A DNA stretch of 58,973 nucleotides from a virus (lineage: Duplodnaviria > Caudoviricetes). Under the pieces are notes generated by a model that made no database searches, was not told the DNA's origin, and saw only the letters and a program-made list of their open reading frames with translations. The translations under genes and the position numbers were made by a program. Within the stretch, counting starts at the first letter, position 1. Each line of letters begins with the position of its first letter. Where the stretch lies: positions 1 to 58,973 of IMG/VR virus record IMGVR_UViG_3300007735_000765, one strand, 5' to 3'. Positions 29,666 through 38,371 of this stretch are shown piece by piece.

Positions 29666-29741
29666 TGGTGCGCGATGACAGATTCGAACTGCCGACATCC
29701 AACGAGTCAAATTGGCACTCTACCAACTGAGTTAATCGCGC
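29666..29741 (-). tRNA. tRNA-Val(GAC), with U at position 37
   Basis: Cloverleaf; loop TT-GAC-TC; CCA encoded. Confidence 0.85.
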
Positions 29742-29745
29742 ATTG

Positions 29746-29820
29746 TGGTCCGGCCACCAGGAATCGAACCTGGATTTACTGCTTAGAAGGCAGATGTTCT
29801 ATCCATTGAACTATGGCCAG
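29746..29820 (-). tRNA. tRNA-Arg(UCU)
   Basis: Loop CT-TCT-AA; CCA encoded. Confidence 0.9.
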
Positions 29821-29824
29821 AAAT

Positions 29825-30199
29825 TTATCTAACTACTCTAGCCCTTGCGGTAACCATTTCGTCTATGTTTCCTTTAATTATAACATTTGTGTAAGTATCT
29901 GTCAAGCCAGAAGCGTGATCCACTACCCTATTGTCGGGCTCGTGATATGTTCTAATACGCTCAGTGCCTGCTTGGAAACGTTCGGTGTCTTTATGAAAAT
30001 GCGCCATTACCCTTGCTAAACATACTGCATGGGCACTTCGCTTATTGTCTTCGCGACTGCGACTGCCTGTGCCATTGGCTTGAATGCCAGTGGGCTCATG
30101 TATGCATCGGCAACAGTTTTGATGCTTGTTACGGTGTTGGCCTCCTTTACCGGTGCCACTGTACCATTCATATTTAAATTGTTCGTCCGTAATTTTCAT
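29825..30199 (-). CDS. Stand-alone RF-1 (GGQ) domain peptidyl-tRNA hydrolase, ArfB/PrfH-like
   Basis: GTGKGGQHRNK, IHEPTG and ERIRTY; lacks codon-recognition domains. Confidence 0.85.
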   Translation of the reverse strand: MKITDEQFKYEWYSGTGKGGQHRNKHQNCCRCIHEPTGIQANGTGSRSREDNKRSAHAVCLARVMAHFHKDTERFQAGTERIRTYHEPDNRVVDHASGLTDTYTNVIIKGNIDEMVTARARVVR

Positions 30200-30209
30200 A
30201 TAAACTCCT

Positions 30210-30286
30210 TGGTGCCCTGGGTGGGACTCGAACCCACAAAACCTACGACCTCAACATAGTGCGTATGCCAATTCCGCCACCGGGGC
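30210..30286 (-). tRNA. tRNA-Leu(GAG), short variable loop
   Basis: Loop TT-GAG-GT; 77 nt. Confidence 0.85.
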
Positions 30287-30361
30287 TGGTCTCGCCAGTA
30301 GGAATCGAACCTACATTTATTCTTTAGGAGAGAATCGTTCTATCCATTGAACTATAGCGAG
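30287..30361 (-). tRNA. tRNA-Arg(CCU)
   Basis: Loop CT-CCT-AA. Confidence 0.9.
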
Positions 30362-30657
30362 TTATCGTTTAAAGTTTGTTGAACACGCTTAACAGTATTT
30401 AAACACACATGGTCAAAGCCATGACCCTCTTCTGTGTCAACAATAACACCTTCTAGTTCATAGAACTGGTCTCGGTTTACCTTTTTCAAACGTTGAATTT
30501 CATCTGCGGCTTCTTCCAATAAATCTGCAATACGATCAGGTGCGCCTTCTTCAACACTTTTGCGTCCGGGAATTTGCCTACGAATCTCTGCTCGCTTGCG
30601 CAAACGAAAAACTAGGCTCTGTTCACTGACAGGTAAATTGCTTTCATCTTTCATCAT
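30352..30657 (-). CDS. Hypothetical protein
   Basis: LVFRLRKRAEIRRQI...LLEEAADEI; stop codon lies inside the tRNA 5' end. Confidence 0.6.
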   Translation of the reverse strand: MMKDESNLPVSEQSLVFRLRKRAEIRRQIPGRKSVEEGAPDRIADLLEEAADEIQRLKKVNRDQFYELEGVIVDTEEGHGFDHVCLNTVKRVQQTLNDNSL

Positions 30658-30745
30658 ACTTTCCTATTAAGCACGAAGCCTTTAAAATAAATGAAGAAGG
30701 CTTTTGTGACCCTCTTCATTTCTCGCCAATAGAATTGACGGTATG

Positions 30746-31246
30746 TCACCCGATGTTCTTTCGAGCTATTGTCATTAACATTGGATCGCCTTTGGTCATA
30801 ACTTCTAACAACAATCTCTTTTCTTCTAAGTAAGTCTTGGCAAACTTTTCATCGTGTGCCATAATACTTTTAGTATTAGAGATCAAATCCGCCAACTTGA
30901 CTGTTTGGGCCGGGGCAGGTGCCATTGCAGTGTGCGCTCTGTCGATTGCTTTACGTGTGGCACGATTACCTTGTTCTGGACGACTGACGTCTGTAAGCCA
31001 TCCCACCAACTCCGCGACCGTCTCGCCAAATTCTTCTCGAATAACTTCAATTGTAACTCCCGTGTCTTCTACAACATCATGCAACCATGCCGCGGCCAAC
31101 ATTTCATCAGTGTGTGCCACAGTGCTAACAATGCTAACAACTTCGGCGGGATGGACAATGTAAGGCTCGTTGGTATACTTACGAAGTTGAGCCACTGCCG
31201 CATGTGCCGCAGTAGCAAATACTCTGGCTTTTTCTACTATTGTCAT
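30746..31246 (-). CDS. HD-domain (p)ppGpp hydrolase-like protein (SAH/Mesh1 type)
   Basis: AH..Q.RK..EPYIVHP, LHDVVED and VKLAD. Confidence 0.85.
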   Translation of the reverse strand: MTIVEKARVFATAAHAAVAQLRKYTNEPYIVHPAEVVSIVSTVAHTDEMLAAAWLHDVVEDTGVTIEVIREEFGETVAELVGWLTDVSRPEQGNRATRKAIDRAHTAMAPAPAQTVKLADLISNTKSIMAHDEKFAKTYLEEKRLLLEVMTKGDPMLMTIARKNIG

Positions 31247-31327
31247 AGTCCACTCCTTCTTATATGTATATTATACAGTAATAATGAATTTTGGGCAAAC
31301 AAAAAAATAGTACCTTAGTACTACTTG

Positions 31328-31792
31328 TTAAACATAGATAATTTCTATGAATCCTTCGTCTGTAGTTGGTTCTTCCCAGCCAGCAATCATACTGGCAATA
31401 ACTTGCTCAGGTATTTCTTTGCCCGGACGACTCCACAATCGACGCATAAGTTCTTTATGCTCCGGAGTCTTAAACACCACAGCAATGTGCTCGTAGTCGG
31501 GTAACATATTAAACTTACGAGCACGACTGTTAACGGTTGTGCTAGTTTGATCCCAAATAATATCTACACCATCGTTGCGACATTTAATCACGTGATCTGC
31601 CATTAGTTTAACCGCAATGGGCATGTATTCTGTAAAAACTTCGCTATAAGTTTTACCTGTACGGCTAGCGTAGTCTTCAACCCACGCATCAGTAGATACA
31701 ACATTAGTACCCAAAGCCCATACTTGATTTTTTATCCAAGTACTTTTGCCCGAACCGGGCACTCCGATCAATTGATAACACTTAGGCATCAT
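31328..31792 (-). CDS. P-loop kinase, polynucleotide-kinase (AAA_33)-like
   Basis: GVPGSGKSTW, STD and WDQT. Confidence 0.8.
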   Translation of the reverse strand: MMPKCYQLIGVPGSGKSTWIKNQVWALGTNVVSTDAWVEDYASRTGKTYSEVFTEYMPIAVKLMADHVIKCRNDGVDIIWDQTSTTVNSRARKFNMLPDYEHIAVVFKTPEHKELMRRLWSRPGKEIPEQVIASMIAGWEEPTTDEGFIEIIYV

Positions 31793-31798
31793 CGCTCC

Positions 31799-32341
31799 TT
31801 AGTGATGACTGCGAATTTGGCTATTTAAGGCTTCGGCAATCATACGATCTAAATTACTAACTACTCGACCTGTGGCATCGAATGCCACATCACGAGCACG
31901 ATAAGGCTCCAGGCCTGTTCTGCCACCATGTACATGTCCATAGAAATGAACAGCGCCGCGGTGCATTTGATCCCATTCGTGAATAGGATAGTGGAACATG
32001 ATTACCAGCTGACCGTTATGGTTATAACGCAAATACTGATGTACTTCCTTGAAGCAACTGCGGAACACAGGATCGTTCAACAGTTTACGGTCGTGGTTGC
32101 CTTCGACTAAAATCTTTGCACCGTTCAGACGATGCAAAATTTGTACTGCTTTGTCTGCGGGCAAGAACGCAAAGTCTCCCAAGATAAATGTTTCATCTTC
32201 GGGCTGTACGCTGGCGTTCCAGTCAGCAATCATTTGTTCACGCATGTCATCTGTGTCCTTGAACCGTGCTCTAGTCACAGGGCAGAACTTCAAAATGTTA
32301 GCATGACCAAAATGTAAATCACTGGTAATCCACTTAGTCAT
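31799..32341 (-). CDS. Calcineurin-like metallophosphoesterase
   Basis: SDLHFGH, LGD, GNHD and GHVH; probable start MTKW at 32341. Confidence 0.85.
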   Translation of the reverse strand: MTKWITSDLHFGHANILKFCPVTRARFKDTDDMREQMIADWNASVQPEDETFILGDFAFLPADKAVQILHRLNGAKILVEGNHDRKLLNDPVFRSCFKEVHQYLRYNHNGQLVIMFHYPIHEWDQMHRGAVHFYGHVHGGRTGLEPYRARDVAFDATGRVVSNLDRMIAEALNSQIRSHH

Positions 32342-32829
32342 TAAATATCTCCTTCGCGGGACTTTGGAATTACAAAGCCCCAATCTGTTACTTCACCGTT
32401 GATCGTATGCTTTTCGTTTTCGTCATACGTCCAACCCAATACTTTCATCATTTTATGCTTGACCAGCAAGTTGGGACTACGAAAAGATTCGCTGTCGTCA
32501 AACCCCAACATGATGCCAACTTCTGCCACTGCACCACTACGACACACACCAGCATGACAATGAACTACGACATTCATGCGTTGCTCCAGTGCATGTTGCA
32601 ACAGTCGAACCAGCTCTTGGGCTTGCTCGTCTGTACACTTGCACTCGTCAGGAAAGTTGTCTGTCTTTTCTGCATCCAGAAATTCAAATTGATGAACTTC
32701 ACGAAACTGGTACTTGGGTGTAGGAAACTCGTATGCAGGATCCACAATTTGAATCAGCATAGAATTAATACCCGGATTGATATGAAACCCTTGCCGAATG
32801 TCGCTCATGCTTACGTTTTGAATCCACAT
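32341..32829 (-). CDS. Cys-based (PTP/DSP-fold) phosphatase
   Basis: HCHAGVCRS (CX5R) and upstream FLD. Confidence 0.8.
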   Translation of the reverse strand: MWIQNVSMSDIRQGFHINPGINSMLIQIVDPAYEFPTPKYQFREVHQFEFLDAEKTDNFPDECKCTDEQAQELVRLLQHALEQRMNVVVHCHAGVCRSGAVAEVGIMLGFDDSESFRSPNLLVKHKMMKVLGWTYDENEKHTINGEVTDWGFVIPKSREGDI

Positions 32830-32850
32830 AAAAATTTCCTTTAATGCTGT

Positions 32851-32879
32851 ATTATAGCACTAAACGGCTATTTTGTCAA
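32851..32879 (-). promoter_or_regulatory. Sigma70 promoter
   Basis: TTGACA-17-TATAAT. Confidence 0.75.
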
Positions 32880-32881
32880 TT

Positions 32882-32955
32882 TGGTGCTCCTAGCTGGTAA
32901 CGCTCCAGCGTTTCTACATTACCAATGTAGTGTAATACTTTTATACTATAAGAGC
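32882..32955 (-). tRNA. tRNA-Thr(GGU), non-canonical D/T loops
   Basis: Loop TT-GGT-AA; T-loop AGCGTTA; D-loop lacks GG. Confidence 0.75.
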
Positions 32956-33135
32956 TTAACGGGTTTTCACGGGCTGTAAACTATCCTTGCGCATCATAAC
33001 CATACGACGACTGTCTGGTCGATGCACTGTGAGATAAGTTACCCCGTCAATGGTTTTAGTTTTTTTTGGATCATCACAGATCCAAACTTCATGATTTACA
33101 TAATTTTTAAATGTAACAGGTTTTGTAGTCTGCAT
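32956..33135 (-). CDS. Small hypothetical protein (59 aa, not in ORF track)
   Basis: AGGAG RBS; MQTTKPVTFKNYVNHEVWICDD... Confidence 0.6.
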   Translation of the reverse strand: MQTTKPVTFKNYVNHEVWICDDPKKTKTIDGVTYLTVHRPDSRRMVMMRKDSLQPVKTR

Positions 33136-33149
33136 TGCGATCTCCTAAC

Positions 33150-33224
33150 TGGTGCGCCTGGAAGGAATCGAACCTCCATCCCCTCGTTCGTAGCGAAGTA
33201 TCCTATCCATTGAACGACAGGCGC
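33150..33224 (-). tRNA. tRNA-Arg(ACG)
   Basis: Loop CT-ACG-AA. Confidence 0.9.
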
Positions 33225-33230
33225 ATAACT

Positions 33231-33306
33231 TGGTGCCGTAAGCTGGACTCGAACCAGCAACACATGAATTTTCAGTCCACTGCTCTACCATTGGAGCTAC
33301 TACGGC
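33231..33306 (-). tRNA. tRNA-Phe(GAA)
   Basis: Loop CT-GAA-AA. Confidence 0.9.
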
Positions 33307-33317
33307 ATAAACTGCTT

Positions 33318-33391
33318 AGGGGTGACCATCGGGGCTCGAACCCGAACTACCAGAGTCACAGTCTAGGTTGCTACCATTACAACATGGTCAC
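33318..33391 (-). tRNA. tRNA-His(GUG), no encoded G-1 and ending CCU
   Basis: Loop CT-GTG-AC; C73. Confidence 0.8.
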
Positions 33392-33450
33392 AGCTAAGCG
33401 GTCTATAAATATGATTATAACATCAAATCGAATATTTGTAAAGCGAAAAT

Positions 33451-33528
33451 TGGTACCCCTGGTCAGATTCGAACTGACAGAACTACTCCTTTTGAGAGAG
33501 CCGACTTTACCAATTTGTCCACAGGGGC
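33451..33528 (-). tRNA. tRNA-Leu(CAA), short variable loop
   Basis: Loop CT-CAA-AA; 78 nt. Confidence 0.85.
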
Positions 33529-33534
33529 ACATGA

Positions 33535-34848
33535 ATGCAACAAAAAATATTTCCTATAAAAACTGCAACTGCTTGCCAACTTAAATGGAGCCACAGCACA
33601 GTATTTTTGCCTAGCCTCAAAACTGCTAGCTGTCACAGAGTAGAACAAAATTACTTTGATATCAACACATTTGATTTTCATAATACCAAAGAAAAACTAC
33701 AAGCCAGAACAGAAATGTTAGCAGGGCGTTGGCCAGGACATGGCTGTGAGCATTGTAAAAATATCGAGGATTCTGGGGGCGTCAGTGACAGAATTGTACA
33801 CTTAGATTTTCCTGGATTTAGGGCGCCACCGGAACTGGATCACGATTTACAGGCAGTGAATGTTACTCCGCGTGTATTAGAAATCTATTTTAGTAACACC
33901 TGCAACCTTAAATGCGTTTATTGTGTTCCGCAGTTCAGTAGCCAAATTAACCAAGAAAATAAAAAATTTGGTGTATTTCACAACAACGGTGTATTCATTA
34001 AAAGTGTGAACATACCCGACGAATTCAGCGCGGCCACAGAAAAAATGTTTACATGGCTGGATCAAAATTTACAAAATTTAGATAAACTTATTGTATTAGG
34101 CGGGGAACCTTTTATTCAAAAAGAAACAGCCCGCTTACTCTCGCTGATTAATACAAAAAAACTGCCCAACTTATCGCTAACTGTTTTTAGTAATTTAACT
34201 ATTGATCACAATAAATTTAAAAAATATGTAAAAACTCTCAAAGACGTCAAGCACCAAGCTAATCTAAATCAAATTAACATTGTTGCTAGTCTAGATTGCT
34301 GGGGCGATGCCGCGGAGTATGTAAGACAAGGGCTGGACTTAAAATTATTTGAACAAAACTTTTTATATTTGCTCAACGAAACAGATTTCGTCTTAAACAT
34401 AAACTCTGCACTTAGTCCTCTTACTGCGGCAGATCTCCCGGCACTGATTGAAAAGATCAATCATTGGAGTACATCAAGAACAGTATACTGGACCACGATG
34501 AAGACTGCGGGCAGGCCCTATCTTCATCCTACTATTTTTGGCAGTGAGCTATTAGATGCGGGTTTAAATCAAGCCTACGAAACATTTAACAGTCATGGAG
34601 ATCCTGAAAAAATAAAATACAAAGAATATTTTGCAGGAATCATCAGCGAAATAAAACTTAGCAAACCTAATCCCATACATCAACTTCAATTACGAACATA
34701 TTTAGAAGAATTAGATAGGCGTAGAAGCACCAAATACACTACAACATTTCCATGGATTTACCAAAGACTAAAAGTAGTGGTCGATCCTGAGGGATTCGAA
34801 CCCCCAACCGCCGATTTCGAAGACCGGAACTCTATCCAGTTGAGCTAA
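33535..34848 (+). CDS. Radical SAM protein
   Basis: CNLKCVYC and LGGEP; additional N-terminal Cys residues. Confidence 0.85.
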   Translation: MQQKIFPIKTATACQLKWSHSTVFLPSLKTASCHRVEQNYFDINTFDFHNTKEKLQARTEMLAGRWPGHGCEHCKNIEDSGGVSDRIVHLDFPGFRAPPELDHDLQAVNVTPRVLEIYFSNTCNLKCVYCVPQFSSQINQENKKFGVFHNNGVFIKSVNIPDEFSAATEKMFTWLDQNLQNLDKLIVLGGEPFIQKETARLLSLINTKKLPNLSLTVFSNLTIDHNKFKKYVKTLKDVKHQANLNQINIVASLDCWGDAAEYVRQGLDLKLFEQNFLYLLNETDFVLNINSALSPLTAADLPALIEKINHWSTSRTVYWTTMKTAGRPYLHPTIFGSELLDAGLNQAYETFNSHGDPEKIKYKEYFAGIISEIKLSKPNPIHQLQLRTYLEELDRRRSTKYTTTFPWIYQRLKVVVDPEGFEPPTADFEDRNSIQLS

Positions 34849-34854
34849 GGACCG
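34778..34854 (-). tRNA. tRNA-Arg(UCG)
   Basis: Loop CT-TCG-AA. Confidence 0.9.
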
Positions 34855-34859
34855 TTAAA

Positions 34860-35948
34860 ATGTTTCACTGTGCCGCTATACAAAAAAATATCAGAGTAGA
34901 AGGATCTGCTGTCACAGGACTGAAAATTTTGCCTTGCTGTGTTTATCAAGCAGATCAAAATTATCGCACACTCGCAGAGTACTACAGTAGCACAGAATAT
35001 CAAGAATTACAATCTACTAGCACATGGCCACGGGGATGTGGTGCATGTCGCCAGCAAGAAAATCAAAATCAAACCAGTTACAGACAGTTAGTCAATCAGT
35101 CACTGGATAATATACAGGGACGACGATTTGAAATATTCCCTAGCAATATCTGTAATCTAAAATGTGTTATGTGCAACCCTGCTAATAGCAGTGCATTTGC
35201 ACAAGAACAACAAACTATCGGAATAATCAATAACCAATACGCAAAAGAATTTGATCTCAGCAAAGAAGCGTTGGACTTAATTGACAGCAACGACGACATT
35301 GAAAGTATTAGCTTGATAGGAGGAGAATTCTTTTTATCCAAGGGTAACTTAGAAATATTAGATCTCGCTATTCAACGACAAATACCAATACGTGTTGTCA
35401 CCAATGCCACGGTAATTTTACCCGACCACTTAGCTAAATTAAAACAGTTACAGGATCTTGAATTACAGATCAGCTGTGACGGTGTTCACGAACACTATGA
35501 GTTTATGCGATATCCTGCTCGCTGGGATCGTTTCATTGCAAACAGCGAAACGTTGATACAAGAACTACCACAAGCAAAAATTAACTTTCATTTTGTTGTA
35601 CAGCCACTGAACGCAGAAAATCTTGTTCCCAGTTTAGCATTTTTAAACACACTAAAACGTCCTACACGATTTACTAATCTTGTAACACCAGAATATCTCA
35701 ATTGGTCCATACTCACTGACAGCGAGCGCCTGCGCATCGCAGACACTATGACTAAGCAACTTGCAGAGTTTAGATTAACTGAACGTCAAAAACTTCAAGT
35801 ACAAAGTCTAATAGAAACTATCAGTGGTTCCGCATATTCTGCAGAGAATCGCCAAACATTCAATCGCATAGTAGGCAAGACTATGCAACATCGCGGTGTT
35901 GATTTGGTAGTAGCGGTGGGACTCGAACCCACGATAAACACCGTATGA
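34860..35948 (+). CDS. Radical SAM protein
   Basis: CNLKCVMC, IGGE, TNAT and N-terminal PCC...CGAC. Confidence 0.85.
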   Translation: MFHCAAIQKNIRVEGSAVTGLKILPCCVYQADQNYRTLAEYYSSTEYQELQSTSTWPRGCGACRQQENQNQTSYRQLVNQSLDNIQGRRFEIFPSNICNLKCVMCNPANSSAFAQEQQTIGIINNQYAKEFDLSKEALDLIDSNDDIESISLIGGEFFLSKGNLEILDLAIQRQIPIRVVTNATVILPDHLAKLKQLQDLELQISCDGVHEHYEFMRYPARWDRFIANSETLIQELPQAKINFHFVVQPLNAENLVPSLAFLNTLKRPTRFTNLVTPEYLNWSILTDSERLRIADTMTKQLAEFRLTERQKLQVQSLIETISGSAYSAENRQTFNRIVGKTMQHRGVDLVVAVGLEPTINTV

Positions 35949-35980
35949 AGGTGGTGCATTAGCCGCTATGCTACGCTACC
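35905..35980 (-). tRNA. tRNA-Met(CAU), probably elongator
   Basis: Loop TT-CAT-AC. Confidence 0.8.
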
Positions 35981-36108
35981 ATATAGAAACACACTGTGGC
36001 GCTTGAATCCGCGATAGCCCTTCTCTTCACGGCTGGTCCTTGCTCTGTCTAGAATTGGCAAGTATTTCAGTTGTTCCGCTGTAGCTATTCAATGTGTTTT
36101 TATATGGT
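35978..36108 (-). ncRNA. Inter-tRNA spacer RNA closed by a long ATAT..AAACAC stem (copy A)
   Basis: ACCATATAGAAACACA (35978-35993) is an inverted repeat of TGTGTTTTTATATGGT (36093-36108). Confidence 0.5.
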
Positions 36109-36191
36109 GAGTCAGGTGGGAATCGAACCCACAAGGGCAATTTGCCGCCAGATTAAAAGTCTGGTACCGCAACCTATTCGGTGTCTGACCC
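36105..36191 (-). tRNA. tRNA-Lys(UUU) with a long variable arm
   Basis: CCAGA-CTTTTAA-TCTGG; extra GGC-AAATT-GCC arm; 87 nt. Confidence 0.8.
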
Positions 36192-36194
36192 AAT

Positions 36195-36269
36195 TGGTCC
36201 TTGCTCAGAGAATCGAACTCTGTTTTTCCGGGTAAGAGCCGGATACTTCGCCAGCAAAGTTTAGCAAGG
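36195..36269 (-). tRNA. tRNA-Lys(CUU)
   Basis: Loop CT-CTT-AC; A8. Confidence 0.8.
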
Positions 36270-36345
36270 GGATGGCGTATCTAAATTTGATTTAGAGTGC
36301 CATCCCAGACTTGATACAGAAGCCTAGAATGACACTTAACGTTTA

Positions 36346-36501
36346 CTACGTTTCATGTCGTTCACCTTTAAAATAAAATTTTTGATTCTCTTGTCTACGT
36401 AGAGCTTTGTTGCTTTTACGATGACTTCCCGCTTTTCGGAACAATGCCAGAGCCACAAACTGGTTGCGCTCACGCGGCAGTTCCTGTTTCTGCTTTTGCA
36501 T
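36346..36501 (-). CDS. Small basic protein (51 aa, not in ORF track)
   Basis: AGGAG RBS; MQKQKQELPRERNQFVALALFRKAGSHRKSNKALRRQ... Confidence 0.6.
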   Translation of the reverse strand: MQKQKQELPRERNQFVALALFRKAGSHRKSNKALRRQENQKFYFKGERHET

Positions 36502-36521
36502 TTTACTGCTCCTAAAAATGT

Positions 36522-36550
36522 ATTATAACAAATATTGGAATATTTGTCAA
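36522..36550 (-). promoter_or_regulatory. Sigma70 promoter (consensus)
   Basis: TTGACA-17-TATAAT. Confidence 0.8.
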
Positions 36551-36573
36551 TGACCAACTAAAACAGTTGGGTA

Positions 36574-37767
36574 CTACTCTTTAAGTAGCCCAAGTTCTAC
36601 AGTTTTTTCGATAACCTTACTCGATTCACAAAAGTGAACTACATTATTACTATCGATCCACAAAGGTATGGTAGTATTGTTTACGTTCCGTATTTTGTTT
36701 ACCGCCGTTGCCATACTTAAACTTTTAACTTTATTTTTAAAATTAAAGTAAAATTCATTGCCATCCACTTCGTATATTACACGTTTGTGTTGTAAATGAC
36801 TTTTTCCTGTGCTATAATCAGCAAATTTACTTGACTGATACTCTTGAAGAGCCCATTGTTGATATTCTTTAGTTTGAAACCACCCGAATGAGCCGTTAGT
36901 TAATTCTGTAATGTTTTTATATGGTGTGCAATATCGCACCGACTCATATGAATCAAAAGTCCAAAAATTAAAATCCCACCACCAGAAAAAATCCCCAACA
37001 GTGGCAATCTCTAATTTATATTCTTGTGCTGTGGATAATACCGCATTATAAATTAGTTCGCCGGCTCTAGTGTTTGTGTCGTCATTGGCCATCGACATAA
37101 ACTCCAGTATCTTGTCTTTATTATTAGCAAACGCAATATCTTTAGTACCGTACATCAGTAACCAACGCATACCAATTTCGCTGGCAGAGACTCTATCGCC
37201 ATTTTGGCCAGTTACTCTAAGCATATCATTATTGGGTTCGAATATTCGTTTCAATGCATGGTCAGTTGAGTTATAACGATTGGGAAAGTATTTTACAATT
37301 ATGTCCCTAGCAAAGTATGGATTTTCATCCACGCTATATTCGTTATAATAAATTTTAGTGTTGTTCCAAATATCTTTGTTACCATACTTAATCAAAATCG
37401 CAACAATAAAGGTACTGTCTAACCCCCCGGACCATTCGACTAGCAAACCGTTATGCGTTTGCAATCGATCCATCATTTGTGTATATCTATCATATGTTAC
37501 ATCGTCCCAGTCTAATGCTACCAAGGACTTTTGGGGTACGATATACTTGTCTAATAATCTGACAGGATGGAAAAATTCCGAACTAGTAGAAATCCTACTT
37601 TGGTGCATCCTATTGTCTAAATATGTTATTGTGTCTGATAAAAATGTTCTTCTTGAACGTTTGTATAATTGCAACCATTCATTTAGTTTTGAGTAATGCT
37701 GATATTGTTCGGGTGACATACTCATCACCACGGTAAGAGCATCAAACCAACTGATATTTTTTGTCAT
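36574..37767 (-). CDS. PP-loop (asparagine-synthetase-C-like) protein
   Basis: WSGGLDS and VTGQNGD; paralogous to 47257-48432. Confidence 0.65.
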   Translation of the reverse strand: MTKNISWFDALTVVMSMSPEQYQHYSKLNEWLQLYKRSRRTFLSDTITYLDNRMHQSRISTSSEFFHPVRLLDKYIVPQKSLVALDWDDVTYDRYTQMMDRLQTHNGLLVEWSGGLDSTFIVAILIKYGNKDIWNNTKIYYNEYSVDENPYFARDIIVKYFPNRYNSTDHALKRIFEPNNDMLRVTGQNGDRVSASEIGMRWLLMYGTKDIAFANNKDKILEFMSMANDDTNTRAGELIYNAVLSTAQEYKLEIATVGDFFWWWDFNFWTFDSYESVRYCTPYKNITELTNGSFGWFQTKEYQQWALQEYQSSKFADYSTGKSHLQHKRVIYEVDGNEFYFNFKNKVKSLSMATAVNKIRNVNNTTIPLWIDSNNVVHFCESSKVIEKTVELGLLKE

Positions 37768-38305
37768 TTATATCTCTAATAAAGTTACTTTGCAACTGCC
37801 CGACAAACTTATTTTCAAAAAGTTTATCTTTAAAAGACATAATACACGTATCTGCTTCTATAGGAGTTTTCTCCCAGTAAAGAATTTCGTGTATTTGTTT
37901 ACTAAATTCTTGCACTGCCGTATTCATTTCAGAAAAGTACTCATCAAATATACCATCGCCTTGTGGGCATAATTCCAAAATTGGTTCAGTGTACGCAGGC
38001 TCAATTTGATCGATTAACCATTGGATTTGGTATTCAGTTTTGTTTAATATCCACAAGCAATAATCTGCATAATTTTTAATATCAACTAAGTAGCCAGGAT
38101 CGCATTCATATTGTGCTAATTCTGTGCGTTTAGCTATATTTGTAAAACCATATCGATTACCATCCCTGGTGTAAATGTCTTCTGGTATTTCTACTATGTC
38201 CGTGAGAATTTTACTTTTTAGGATTAATCTAAGTTGCTTGATTAATTTTTCAGATTTGTCTGCAACTATTATAGAATTGTAATTTATATTATATAGAGCA
38301 TACAT
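37742..38305 (-). CDS. Hypothetical protein
   Basis: 187-aa AT-rich ORF overlapping the PP-loop gene. Confidence 0.6.
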   Translation of the reverse strand: MYALYNINYNSIIVADKSEKLIKQLRLILKSKILTDIVEIPEDIYTRDGNRYGFTNIAKRTELAQYECDPGYLVDIKNYADYCLWILNKTEYQIQWLIDQIEPAYTEPILELCPQGDGIFDEYFSEMNTAVQEFSKQIHEILYWEKTPIEADTCIMSFKDKLFENKFVGQLQSNFIRDINDKKYQLV

Positions 38306-38371
38306 CTTAATTTTGATTCACAGTATACACTATTTAATAACAAATAGTACACTATCTACAAATACTTGACT

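Noticed and set aside
33114-33148. TAACAGG...CCTAA as another CAGCA-stem element
   Set aside because: No CAGCA and no 7-bp stem; it is the RBS and start of the 59-aa ORF 32956-33135.
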